A stretch of 64,000 nt of DNA, taken from the human T2T-CHM13v2.0 reference genome, Homo sapiens. The stretch lies in NCBI RefSeq assembly GCF_009914755.1, contig NC_060926.1. One strand, 5' to 3'. The position numbers were made by a program, and so were the translations under genes. How positions within the stretch are numbered: the stretch's first letter is position 1; each line of letters opens with the position of its first letter. The notes under the pieces were generated by a model, which ran no database searches, had not been told where the DNA came from, and was given only the letters and a program-made list of their open reading frames with translations. Positions 16,122 to 32,846 of the stretch are shown here, in pieces.

Positions 16122-18249
16122 CCAAATTATCTTTTGATAGATATACCCCAACACCCCGAAAGGGAAAGAAATTTGTCCAAGGCCATGTGCTAATAAGTGG
16201 CAGAGTCAAGACTGGAATTCTCCTCTCCTCTATCCCAATCCAGGGGGCTTTTTCCCAGGCCTGGGTGAAAATTCAACTTCACCCTGTGCAGGAGGCAACA
16301 GGAGTCTTTGCATTATCTAGGCAAAGACTACAGCTTTGGAGGCAGCTGGGCCTGTCACTTACTAACTCTTTGACCTTGGGGTAATAATTTAATTTTTCAA
16401 ATCCCAGTTTCCTCAGGCATAAAAGTGGGCATAATACCATCTATCTCAAAGAGTTATTGTGAGAATTAAATTAGATGGCATATAGAATTTTACATTGGGA
16501 GGAGGTATGGCATTTTGTTGAGAAGACGGGCTTGGGTTTGAACCTTGGCTTTGTAATTTCTTGGTGGTATAACCTAGGGGGAATTATTTGACTTCTGAGA
16601 GAAAGACCTCAGTTTCCTTATACGTAAAATGAGGATAATAATAACTGTACTTCATTTATAGGAATAAAGGAGATAATGTGTAGCCAGTGCTCAGCAGGGT
16701 GCCTGGCACATGGGGAAACTTCTGCTCTTATGGATGATCACACTATGTCAGGCGCATGGCAGACTTCCAGAGAATGTTAGTTTCCGGTTTCCTTTGCGAG
16801 CAAATACTATAAACAGGATAATGGGAAACACATTTTAACAACGAGAGACAGACAGAGAGAGAGAAACGTTTTCTGGGACTTTAGGGCAACTTAGGCAACC
16901 ACTGTTCCTAATTACCAGCTCTGTCGTGTTATTTGTGTTTGTGCTTCTCTCCTGCACTAACCTACGAGCACCCTCAGGGTGGAGTCATGGCTATTTATCT
17001 TTGCTTTCCCAGCAGGCAAAACAGTATCAGGTACATAGTGGGCGATCAAAAATGTGTGCTGAATCATTGTCATAATTGGCTTTTTAGGAAAAATAATGGA
17101 AGCAGTACATGAAAAAGGAAATGCAAAGTAGCATGAATATGTATTTGGTGGAATGTAAATATAAGATAGTAACATCCTAGAGAGCTTTCTGTTTGTCAGG
17201 GACTGTGAGTGTGTAATGATGTGTTCAGTTCTGGCCACAAATCCTACAAGGTGTGTACTATTATTATCCCCATTTTATGGATAAAGAAATTGGGGCACAG
17301 AGAGGTTAAGAAACTTGTTGGAGGTTATATAACTAGTGAGCAGTAGAACTGCATTGGAATCCAGGTGGCTTGGCTGCAGAGACTGGTCTTCTAACCAGTA
17401 TTCTGTACTCCCCTCCTTACGATTAAGCACTAAATTAGCCTCGGGCAGTTGTGAAGGTTAAATGAATGTAAACCACAATGCCCATCACATAGTGAATGCC
17501 CAGTAACCATTAGCTCTTTACCAAAAAAGTCCCACCTACCCACATAGCTCAGGCCACCAGAGATCTGGCAAGCTTGTAAGGCCAGAGGGATTAATTCTGC
17601 ACAAGTGTTTGCAATAGTAACAGGGATTCCTTTAAAAAGCAGTTTTGCTGACTAATTAATTAACTGAACTCCCCTTGCACCTTCTACTTCCGTCTCTGCG
17701 CCTGTAATCCACACCATCTGGCAGTACAATTCTTTGTGTGGATATCTGTCTCTCCAACAGGACAGAAGAGATCTGATCATGTCTTATTAATTTTTCCATT
17801 TCCTGCCGTGCCTAGGACAGTGCTTGGCACAAAATAAGCATTCCATAAATAGTTGTGGAATTTTTGAGCTAAATTAAATATTCACAGTGGAAAAACAGGA
17901 ATGAAATAGTCCATGAAAAGGCAGAAAGTAATCTGTAGCATCACAGTGCCAATGATTTATAAGATTTGATGCCTCCTTTTCATTAGGCAAATAATATATG
18001 TCCATGGTAGAAAAATGAGAAAATATAGATAAGCAAAGAAGAAAATGTTGAAATTGCCAATGATTCCGTTGTTAACACCTTAGTTTCTTTCTTTCTACTT
18101 CTCTTTAATGATAGGCAAACTCTTACAGGCTCGAGGTTCAAAGAACGATTCCCTTATAAGCAAATGCTTTTTCTTTTTAGAATAACTTTATGGAGGTGGA
18201 CTTACATACCATTACATTCACCCTTAGGGAGTATTCAGTTTGATGACTT

Positions 18250-18867
18250 TGATTATTTATTTATTTATTTTTGAGACAGCGTCTCACTCTGTCACCCAGG
18301 CTGGAGTGCAGTGATGCAATCATAGCTCACTGCAGCATCAAACTCCTGGACTCCAGTGATCCTTCCACTCAGCCTCCTGAGTAGCTGGGACTATAGGCTC
18401 ATACCTCCACGCCTGGCTAATTTTTAATTTTTTTTTTTGTAGACAGCATCTCACTATGTTGCCAAGGCTGGTCTCAAACTCCTGGCCTCAAGTGACCCCA
18501 AAGTGCTGGGATTGGCTGGGCGCCAGGGCTCGCGCCTGCAATTCCAGAGCTTTGGGAGGCCAAGGCGGGCGGATCATGAAGTCAGGAGTTTGAGACCAGC
18601 CTGGCCAACATGACAAAACCCTGTCTCTACTAAAAATACAAAAATTAGCTGGGGGTGGTGGCACGTGCCTGCAGTCCCAGCTACTCAGGAGGCTGAGGAA
18701 GGAGAATGGCTTGCCCCAGGAGGTGGAGGTTGCAGTGAGCTGAGATTATGCCACTGCACTCTAGCCTGGGCAGCAGAGTGAGACTCCATTTCAAACAAAC
18801 AAACAAACAAACAAACGAACAAAAAACAAAGTGCTAGGATTACAGACATGAGCCCTTGTGCCTGGCT
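18250..18867. mobile_element. Antisense AluJ-like element interrupted by a sense Alu (18514-18826)
   Basis: TSD caaagtgctgggatt (18499-18513) / caaagtgctaggatt (18827-18841). Confidence 0.9.
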
Positions 18868-19755
18868 GACTTTTCGTATAATAAATTGATACATTTGTGC
18901 AACCATCACCACAATTTAGTTTTCAAATATTTCCATGCCTCCTAATGGGAAAATTTTTAAATTTAAGCATTTTAGATAAGCTTAATAGAAGAGCGCCCTG
19001 TGAGCTAAAACCATCTTTCTGCAGATTCATACCTGAATTACCCAGCAAGGTGGAGCACTGTGTGCCAAGACTGGGAGCCAGGAAACCTGGGCGGCTTGGT
19101 GTTCTGAATTTCTCCGTGTCCTTAGAAAGTGGCTTTACTTCTCTTCCTACATCTTCCTGGGTCCCCATTAGGGAGGCAGAACTTCCCATGTCCTGACTTA
19201 TCAGGTAATTTTAATTTTTGCATTACATATTCACTTCTTTTCTCTCTACTCGTTTTTTTTTTTTTTTTGTCCTTTCTCCACTTTCCTCTCCCATCCCCCA
19301 TGGCTGAGACAGGTTGCAGCAGCTCATCCATTGGGCATCTTTGGGCATCTCTGGGCATGTCTTCACTGAGACACCAGCTCCATTTTCTTCCACTCCGATC
19401 TTCCTCGATTCTGGTCTCTACCCTGCAACCAGAAGGAGCCTAGTCCAAACCTAATCAGAGCCTGTCGCTCCCCTGCTCAAAGCTCTCCCATGGCTTCCCA
19501 TCCCACCTAGCATAAAATGCAGACTCCTTGGCATGACCTTCAAGATACCTGCCCAGTCATCCAACCTCATCTGCTAGCACTCTCTTCTCTGTTCACTTTC
19601 CCTGTCACGAGGGTCTACTTGCAGGTCCTAGAACATGCCACATTTGTTTTCACCCCACAGCCTTTGCACTTGCTGCTCTCCCTCATTTACTTACTTTCTC
19701 ATTTCACTGGTCTCTGCTCAAATGTCACCTCCTTGGGGAGGCCTTCCTTGGCTAC

Positions 19756-20608
<853 letters not shown>

Positions 20609-20801
20609 CTACTCTGTCTTAGCATGGCCTAGCCCTCCTCCACCATCACTCCCCACCCATTTGCCTTGCTTGCTATGTTCCTTTTTGTAGCAGGATCTGC
20701 AGTTATATCATAAGCTCAACATTCATTGAATGAATGAATAATTGGTTAACACACAATTTGCTTTGACTTATGAAGATACACCCATTAAAAAGCGTGACCC
20801 A

Positions 20802-21521
<720 letters not shown>

Positions 21522-21776
21522 GATATAGGGTGTAAGAAGAAGGCTTGCACAGGGGAGGTGGTTTCTGGGGTCTGTCTACCTGGCTTCAGATTCACCACGT
21601 AATAGCTATTTTCATCTAAAATAAGGTGCTATTTATAGTGCCTACTTCATTCATTTATTGTCATCATCATCATCACTCTTTCAAAATAGGGGCCTAGAAT
21701 CTCAATAATGCCTCATGAGAAGTGGCTTTGGCAGCATGTAAGGAATAACATGGCGGTGGTGTTGGTATTCCTATAG

Positions 21777-22260
<484 letters not shown>

Positions 22261-24487
22261 ATAAGGTAGAAAACTGGTACCTACAGGTTGAGTCAGACTC
22301 ACAGACATTTTTGCTTGTCCTGCATGATGGTTGGACATTTTGAAATTACCTGTCCACATTTACAATTTTGGAGATTTCACATAAAATCACAGATTTTCAG
22401 CTTCTTTGGCTGGAATGGAGTAGTAGCTGCCCCTTGAGACACAGCAAGGATTCTCCAGTTTGCCGTATCCCTACTACGGCCTGTTGTTATACCTAGCAAG
22501 GTTTATTTGTTCCCTTTACCTGTCTGGCCCCTGCAACACCTGTTACGGAACTGTTTATCATCAAGGTCAATGCCATTCCATAGAAACCCTTCATTGCACA
22601 GATGAGGAAGCAAAATCCCCACTAGGGAGGTGGCTTTGTTGCCCGTCATGGCCAATTCCAGACAGAACTCAGAGCCAAGTGACGCCCAGATCTGCTCTCT
22701 CGAGGGAACTGAGGCCAAGATGGGCAGAGGCATTAGAGCCTCTCAGGGACCCAGTCCTGCCAACCCTGCCCAGGACTCCAGTGTGAAGACACTGAGATAC
22801 TTTCAAGGATAAGACTCTGGAGGATGCAGAAAATTTCCCTTTTGTCATGGAGTTTGGGTGTGAGGAGAGGGCCAGTGAGCTGGTGGAGAGGTCTGTTCAT
22901 TTTCCCAGCTCGCAACCTGACAGAAGGGCAGAGGGGGTGCTCTGTACAGAGGGTCCTGGCTGTCTGCAAGGCCCCGCTCAGACACTGGGCTTTCTCCTGC
23001 AAAGCAAGCATCCCCCAGACACTGCTAGGGCAGAAGCTGCAAAGTACGAAGCCAAGGGGTCCCCTGGCTACAGTGATGGTGGCCATAGCTAGGTTGGCTT
23101 AATCCTGAGCAAACCGTTCCTGACTTTGCGAGGTTCCAGAGAGTTCCCTCAGCGAGGAGGAGGAGGGCCTTGCAGGGCAAAACAGCCCTCCAGGAAAACA
23201 TCTTCCGCAGACTGAGCCAGTGGTGTTGCTGGGCTGAGCCCCTGCTTGCCCCAGACATCACTTCCAGCCTTCCCCAGTCTTTCCTTCACCTGCACCCAGG
23301 CTGCTTCTCTTCCCCAGCTGGCTCCTGAAGAACATTCCTTGCCTCCTGTTTCAGGGACTTCTCTCCAGGTAGTCTTTCAGTTCTTTCTCTCCTCTTCATC
23401 CTCCCTCCAGCTTAATCCCTCTCTCCCCTCAGAAACGTCTTTCCCTCACAATTGACCCCAGGCCTCTGACTTTGCTTTGTACATAACCTGGAGCATGCTC
23501 TGATGATAAAATGCCAAACCGCATCCCTTGGTCGCCGGCTCTTTTCCTGCCAGCCCCAGCACCACCAGCATCTGTGGCAGCTCCCGGGCTCCCAGCTTGT
23601 CTGGCACCCAGAGCACCTTTCTGGCACCCTACACTGGGAGGGTGGGGGAGGAGGAGCTGGGCTTCCAGGGAGAGAAAGGCTGGGCAGTTTTGATTCTCAG
23701 AGGCAGGGAGGATGAAGGAAGGGGTGAATACAGTGTGAGGAAGGGGAGGAGAGGAAGGGGAGGGGAGGAGGAGGTGGAGGAGGGGGAAGTGGTGTTTGCT
23801 TGAAGGTCAGAGGGGAACTGGAGTGTTGAAAAGCATGAAGGGCAGAATTATGGGGATGGTGATTTAACCTAAAGCAGTGGTTTCAAATTTCTTGGACTAT
23901 GACACCCGGTAAGAAACACATTTTACATCACAACCCAGCAAACTACACTATGTGTGTGCACACGTGTCCACACATACACCATACATCCTGAAAAATCAAA
24001 TTTCACATGAGGATACTTATGCTTACTACATGCGATACACTAATATTTCTATTATATTCTTTTTTCCATATGCTTATCTTTTGTATATAATTATAATAAG
24101 TAGTCATTAAACAAGGATACTATTATACCTATTAAAGTGATTTCATAATCCACTAGTGATTCATAAACCACAGATTGAAAAAACGATAAATATAGGCAGT
24201 GAGAGTGAATTTATTACTGGCTCCTAAATCTATGAAGGGTGATTAATAAATAATGATATTTATAAATAATGATAGCAAATAGACATAGTTCTCAGCAGTT
24301 TTACATGCATGATTTTATTCAGTCTTATAAATCTATTAGGTACTATTATTATTCCCATTTTACAAATGAAGGAACAGACACGCCCGAGAGTTCAAATAAC
24401 TTTGCTCAAGATGGTAAGTGGCAGAACCAGGATTCAACCCTTCCAGCCTGACGCAACAGCCACAGTCCAATATTCAGACATTCCTGC

Positions 24488-24948
24488 TGTTAAAGACATT
24501 ATTCAATGACATTTGCTAAACCAGAGTAAGGAAGACTTTACTCAGGACTATCCCTATACATTTAGGGACCACTGCAATGAGGTCTCACAGCAGGGGAGAG
24601 AGACTGGGCTCACCTGGGCAAGTGGGGATTTGTAGCCAAGGAGCAGGGTGGGGGTCAGTGGATGGAAAATTACTGAGAGTAAACATTAGAGGTAAGGGGG
24701 ATTCTGGCCAAACAGAGCTAACAGGATTCTTGCTGAAGACAGGCCAGGGTGATCAGACAGCACCTGGGGGATGGTAGAGGATGAGGAACCTGATCAGCTA
24801 GAAACAGTGTCCAGATCTCAAGGATCAGGGAGCTTCTTGCTAGACTGATTTAGCAGGGCTCTTTGCTAAAACTGGATTTTACAAGAAAGAATCTCAGAGG
24901 AGATTCAGAAGCCTAACTGAAGTTTGTCCAAGCAAAGAATCTTTGTCA
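24488..24948 (-). mobile_element. ERV1 solo LTR (MER31-like)
   Basis: The - strand starts tgacaaagattctttgcttggacaaacttcagttaggc. TG...CA ends with 4-bp TSD ctgc (24484-24487 / 24949-24952). Confidence 0.75.
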
Positions 24949-26230
24949 CTGCACAAGGTGACCTGTATACATTCATCCAGTCATTCATTTGGAGCTTTGA
25001 GCTTGGTGCTCCAGAGTGACAAATGACTGATGGTAGCTCCTGCCACTTGGATAGCTGTCAGCAGTAAGAGGGAAGCAGATCTGGAACACAGAAGTACTGA
25101 CATCACAGAACCTGAGGAATCACAGAGTGGGGGCAGAGATCATCAAGGCCACCCCTCACTTCACAGATGGGAAACTGAGGCCCCAGGACCCCCAGAGCTA
25201 GAGGCTGAACCTGGCATGAACCCAAGAGCTCTAGGCAACCAAATCTGTTCTCTTCCCTTCAAGGGCCTCCCTGCAGGATTATGAGAAGCCAAGATGGTAA
25301 AGAGATATTTGTAGTTGCCATCTGGAGATTCTTTTGGGCAACATCATGATCTCCTGGAAAGAGAGGTGAGCAAATGCCCAGTTCTGCCCTGCTGTTCCTC
25401 AGCACCTGGCACCATGCCGGACACTAGCTACCTTCTGTGAGCATCACTTATACTGTCCATTTTCTTTTGGTCGTGTGCACCCTCATCACTGCTCTGCTAG
25501 ACTCTTCTTACATTTACCATTTCATCTTATATTTTAGTTAATTCTCATTGCATTTGAAATCTTCCCAACAGACTAGATCCATAAGTACGTTAAGAATGTG
25601 GAATGTGTCTGCCTTCTATACTACCATCTACTCAATTGCCGTGGACCATGCCTATCTCATAAGCAGATGCTGAATAAATGAATAAATGAATGGGCATTGG
25701 GGAACCATATCCTGAACTTCCCAACTGAAGCACTTCTCCTGGATTCCTAGTGGGCAGCTTTGTACATAGAAGTTGCTCCACACATGAGTTCATGTCCTTC
25801 ATCCTTGGCAGCAAGCAGTAACTACTTATCCATGGATCAGGGTAGGGAGAACAAGAACCTCAGGGATAACACCACTGAACCTGCAGCTTCATTTCAGCCT
25901 GCAGAGAAAATACAACTGTGGCTATTGAGCCAGGCAGGTCAAGCCTTCCTGGGTCATCTAAAATGACTGCATGCTTGCTCTTCAGTCCTTTCCTTGCACC
26001 TGCATTTCTGAGGTGCCTTTGCCCTCTGGCTTCCAGGTAGCTGTGGCTGATTGGAGGAACTGGTAAATCACTGGAGGGCCACCAGAAGGAGGGGAGAAGC
26101 CGGCCATTCCTCCTTCTCCAGTCCCTCTACTTCCTGCCTTCTTGGGCAGCAGTTGACTCCTGTGTGGCCGCAGCTCCCTTGGGGGCAGCCCCCACCATCA
26201 TTCTAGTACCTGCTAGATGTACAGTACTAA

Positions 26231-26582
<352 letters not shown>

Positions 26583-28598
26583 AACTGGATACATTTTTAT
26601 ATTACATTTTTGATTATGATAAAGTACACATAACATAAATCTTACCATTTTAACCTTTTTAAAGTATACAATTCTGTGGCATTTAATGCACTCTATACTG
26701 ACTTAAAATACTAGCAATTATTTGTTATTTATTTGAAATTCAGATTTAACTAGTGTTAAATACAATAACTGTTATTGTTAATACAATTGTAGTAGGGAAT
26801 TGTATTGTATTGTAATAGGGTGACCGTTGCTCCTGGGCTCTGAAAAAGCACCTCTTGTTGTCACCCCTCCAGTCCAAGGAGGTTTTTCTAGCACCTCTGT
26901 AACCAATTACCTTCATTAAAGTCTCTGAATAAGACTTAGCGAACTCCCTCCCTCCTGCTTCCCTGGCTGGACCTTGACTGTACAAACAATGAGAAGTACC
27001 CACCCTCCAATCACCAAGAGTCCAGATATCACAATAAGGTCCCGGAGTGAGCTCCCATGTGCTTCCCTCCCGCCCAGCCTGCTCCATCATCAACCCCCTT
27101 CCTCATCAGCTCTCAATCCTCCCCAACTCCAGAAAGCAGGCCAGGTGTCTCTGTAATTCTCAGGTGCACCCCCACCCCCTGCCTGGGGTGATTGGTTCCA
27201 TGTGTCTGTCTGCGGGGCCACCCGGCCCCCTCCTGGCCCCCCTTACCCGCCTTCCGCCCACCTGCCTTCCTTCCTCACAGCTTCGCTCTCGCCTCGCTGA
27301 GCCCTTCCTGTCGCACGTCTGACACGTCCCCTGCGTCTGCGGGCTCTCCTGCTCCCTCCCTGCCCTCTTTCAGACAAGACAAAGAAAAGAAAAGGGTGGC
27401 TCTTGTTGCATTCACTACTTTTATTAATGAATGCAAGAACAAAATCAGCTGGCCCTGCAGACGTCCTGCTGAACTGGGGTGCTGTAAAAGGAGATGGAAT
27501 CCTAGCATTTTGGTTTTGAAAGGGACTTGAGGGGCGAATTAATCTCATTCCTGTACAATACGGGGTGCCTCTCCCAAAATCACGAAAACCAGAAACGCGG
27601 CAGGAGAGTCATGAACCCATGGAGGTGAACAGTTCAGCTGCTGGAATATAGACAAGTGGTTCCCAAAAGTACTTTACATCCTGAGAGCCTGAGTGTGTAG
27701 TGAGATGGATTGGCACAGCGCTACGCCAGGTGCGTGTGGCCTGTGCTGCTGGGGCAGTGTGTGTTGCTGCACCACAACGTGATAGCGATAGAGACGGAGA
27801 ACACTCAGAAACTTCGGGAACTATTTGACATCTCTGCACCTTCCAACGCCTAATCGTTTTGCTAGTCATTCACTTTATGATTGTATTAAGTGTCAGTCTG
27901 TGATGAACTAAGGTGCAAAAACGGGTGCTTTGCCAGAGGTGATTTGAAAAGCACTCTTTCGGAGCCACACTCAGGAGTTGGGTCCAGTTTTGGAAAGAGG
28001 ATAAATGTCTGGAGGCAAGTGACTTAACCTCTATGGATCTGAGTTTCTCCTCTGTAATATGGGGACAATCTTGACTCCTACCTCATGGGACTGTTGCAAG
28101 AATTCTACAAGTACATGACATAAGCACCGTGGGGCACCAGGCACACAGTGGGGAGGGTGTGTGATTATTTGTAGACGCTTCTTGACTTGAGTTGACCAAA
28201 CCACCAAGATCATTGTCCACTGACTCTCTTTCTGGGAATCTCTGAGGACGTAGCTTCTATTCCCACTCTTTGATGGCTGTTATAATAATTACTGATCTTA
28301 AAGTTCGCTTCTTTCCATGGTGACATTTCCATCCCATCCTCTGTCTTGACTCACGGGACCTACAAGATGAAACCTGGGATCTCTGCATTGGACCCGAGCA
28401 CTGGGTCCACCCTGAGGCCCCCTTGGAGCTGATGAGGGAAGCCAAGGGCAGTTATGGGGGTCTGAAGAGAAGGTGTTAAGCCATGAGAGGGAAAGGCCAC
28501 AAAACCAGAATCACAAAATAGGCACTAAAATCGGGACTCCACAAGGGCAGCAGAAGGCAGACCATTAGAAAGAAATGTGGGACAGTGGGGCGTCATTG

Positions 28599-29161
28599 TG
28601 TTACTGTAAAGGAGTCCCAATCCAGACCTCAACAGAGGGTTCTTGGATCTCATGCAAGAAAGAATTCAGGGTGAGTCCATAGAGTAAAATGAAAGCAAGT
28701 TTATTAGAGAAGTAAGAAACAAAAGAATGGCTACTCCATAGGCAGAGTAGCCGCAAGGGCTGCTGGTTGGCTATTTTTATGATTATTTCTTGATCATATG
28801 CTAAACAAGGGGTGGATTGTTTATGAGTTTTCTGGGAAAGGTGGGCAATTCCTGAAACTGAGGATTCCTCCCCTTTTTAGACCAAATAGAGTAACTTCCA
28901 CATATAATGAGCAGTGAGGACAACCATAGGTCACTTTCCTTGCCATCTTGGATTCAGTGGGTTTTGGCTGGCTTCTTTACAGCATCCTGTTTTATCAGTG
29001 GGGTCTTTATAACCTGTATCTTGTGATACCAGTCCTGTCAACCTCCTATCTCATCCTGTGACTAAGAATGCCTAACCTCTTGAGACCTCTCAGTAGGTCT
29101 CAGCATTATTTTACCCAGCCCCACTCAAGATGGAGTCACTCTTGTTCGAATGCCTCTGACA
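28599..29161 (-). mobile_element. ERV1 solo LTR, MER41 family
   Basis: The - strand starts tgtcagaggcattcgaacaagagtgactccatcttg (MER41-type). 4-bp TSD attg (28595-28598 / 29162-29165). Confidence 0.85.
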
Positions 29162-29190
29162 ATTGCAGCAAGCTTTTGGCTTATTCATAG

Positions 29191-29535
<345 letters not shown>

Positions 29536-30210
29536 TAGGACATGCTCCTTCCTGATATGCTTCTGGAAAGCTGAAGATGTTCTCTGATGTCTGATAACCA
29601 CTATTCACACCTTAACACATCTCCCTCACTCTAGGAGGGGATGTTGTTGCAGACCCTGTCACGTGGTGGACAGCAGACAACACCACACTTTGTCAGCCGG
29701 TAGGCAGCTGTGGTTCTGGTTGCACTGGTGTGCCCTGCCTGTGTCTCCCTTTCCTTCGTATACCTCTACTGTTAAAAAAAGGTCTATGCCAGAGGACTCA
29801 GTACCAATCCTATATTCACATCTAGCTTATCAGCATGCTGGGTGTGCTTTGTACTACGTTTTTCTTTTCTTTTTTGAATTTCGAATTACTTGCCAAGACT
29901 TTCAAATTGAGAGAATTCATGGAAAAGTCTGAGAACTAATTTTGCTTTGAAATGAGCCCCTTTAGCTACCTTGGACCTTCATTCCTGCCAGGCCACAATC
30001 AGCTGGAGCTGAGTGGCAGCTGACCCCTTCAGAGGCACAAGAGCTCTCCCCTTGGCACAGTCCCCACCATTCCTGATGGTCAAGAAGCATCTATGTACGA
30101 ATCCTCACAGCTCTCTGCTTATCTAACTGATTAATGTTCCCTTTCTGGTACATATAGACATCTGAGTTTGCAAACCCTTGTCTAAATTTTGGACTCTTAA
30201 GAAGTCCCTA

Positions 30211-30534
<324 letters not shown>

Positions 30535-30646
30535 TTAACTGGCTGTTGGGATATGCTTTTTTTCATTTCCATCCTCTACTTCAGCCCCTACTCCATTCCT
30601 CTGCCCCAATCTCAGCTCAGCTGGCATTAGCATCTGCCCAACATTT

Positions 30647-31426
30647 TTCTTTTCTTTTCTTTCTTTCTTTTTTTTTTTTTTTGAAAGAAAGGCAATTTTA
30701 TTTCAAAAAAAAAAAAAAAAGTGTGCTCTGGGAACAGGGTTAGTCCATTTGGGCCTTCAGTGTCCTGGTGGTGATTTTGTCCTTCTTGGTGATGTGGATG
30801 ATGACTCCCATGCCTGACCCTGCACCCCAGTCCACAGCATTCAGCATGGCTGGGGAGATGGTTTCAAACGGGTGTTCTGGATCCATGTTGGGTTCCCAGA
30901 GGGACTCACACATTCCGTACATTTGTTCGGCATAGCTGCCATTGACCACAAAGTCATCAGTCACCATGGGGAAGCCGATGAGGTCTAGAGAGCAACTGAA
31001 GGGCTTAAAGGTCTTCAGGTCCAAACCAGCAATGACTGGATCAGTGTAGTAGGGGCCAAAATGTTTCTCATACAAGAAGTTGGCCACCATGCTCGTGAAG
31101 GTATAAGGTTTGATCTGCTGACCTTCCTTCAACTCATATAGGTTCAGCTGGAACTTGAGGCACTGGGCAACTCTCTGGACGTCAGTGGCAAGCCCGGCCA
31201 GACCGATGTACAACCAACCACCCATGGGAAAGATCTCCTGGAAGTCCGTGGTCACCATCTGGGCCTGGATCCCGAAGTGCCTGTCTGCAGCGATGGCCAC
31301 ACGGTTCTTCCCCTTCATGGCCATGATGGCTCCTCCGTTATAGGACATAATAGACATGATTGTGTGGTATACGAGGACCCCTCCATTGCCGGAGCAATTC
31401 CAGTAAACCGGGTCTAGCCTTCACTC
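30647..31426 (-). pseudogene. PSMB3P2: Processed (retrotransposed) copy of proteasome subunit beta-3 mRNA; intronless ORF 30740-31357 is uninterrupted (205 aa)
   Basis: [10 protein letters not shown]...[14 protein letters not shown] is collinear with PSMB3 and has no introns. AATAAA is on the - strand (tttatt 30697-30702), the degenerate poly(A) tail is at about 30647-30682, and about 69 nt of 5'UTR is present. The 13-bp TSD is ctgcccaacattt (30634-30646) / ctgcccatcattt (31427-31439). The symbol suffix is from recall. Confidence 0.93.
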
Positions 31427-32471
31427 CTGCCCATCATTTCTGACATTTAGACTCTACATAGAGGGTCCTGAGATTCCAGGCCTTTACTCATCCTGCATCC
31501 CCTACCTACTTGGATGAATATTAATATTTACAATAACAGAGAAAAGTTCTCCAGAATGTCTGGGAGGTGAAAGAAGTTAAATAAATGGAAAGTGTTGTTA
31601 TTGTTTGCACCATACTCTAGTTCTTCCAAGGGCCGGCTTCTAAACCTTTCCTGAACATCTCTTTTCTGATGATGTCTCCTCTACAACTCGAGATCGTGTT
31701 CTTGTCACTCTTCCATGGACATGGCCACCGCTTTCTAACTGGCTTCTCTGACCCTCCTTGGTTTCCTTTAGATCCTTTCTGCCAGCATGGTGATCTCCCT
31801 GAAATGCAATTTTGTCCATCTTACTCTTTTGCTGAAAACCTCCGATGCTGCTCTATTGTTTCAACATGAGAGAGTTTGAGATTCTCAGTAGGACTTAAGA
31901 TTTCTCTGTGACTCACCCCCTCCCTACTGCTCCAGCTCCATTGCCTGCCATTCCCAGTTTTACCCTGGAGTTTTCCAGGAACACAAACTACTAGTGGTTG
32001 CCACAGCACCCCGAGCTCTGTTGCCTCCATGCCCTTGGCTGTGCCATTCTGATGGCCTGGAAAGCCCTTCCCAGCCTGTGCAATGTCTTCCTCTAAACTC
32101 AGTTCCTGAGTCTCTACCACGTCCCATGCTGAGTAGGTGCCCTGCCACACTGCCCTGGGCATCCTTAGCACTGCCCATGCCCTCTAATCCTGCATGGCCT
32201 GCCTGCTTTGTTGGGGTGTCAGATTTTTGAAAACAAGAACTGCATCAATCTAGCTCACTTTTACATCCTCAAAACTCAGCCCACAGTAGGAGCTTAATCA
32301 ATGCTGATGAATAAATAAATCACGTCTCCAATTAGAAAGTAACTTTCCTGGTCCGGTACTATACCCTTCTAAAAAAGAGATGAGTAGGTGAAATTGAACA
32401 GAGCTCTTAGCTGTGCAACTCCAAGCTTTGTGAAGCTGGAGGGCTTCTGCTCACTGTTTTCCTAGGGATAG

Positions 32472-32846
<375 letters not shown>

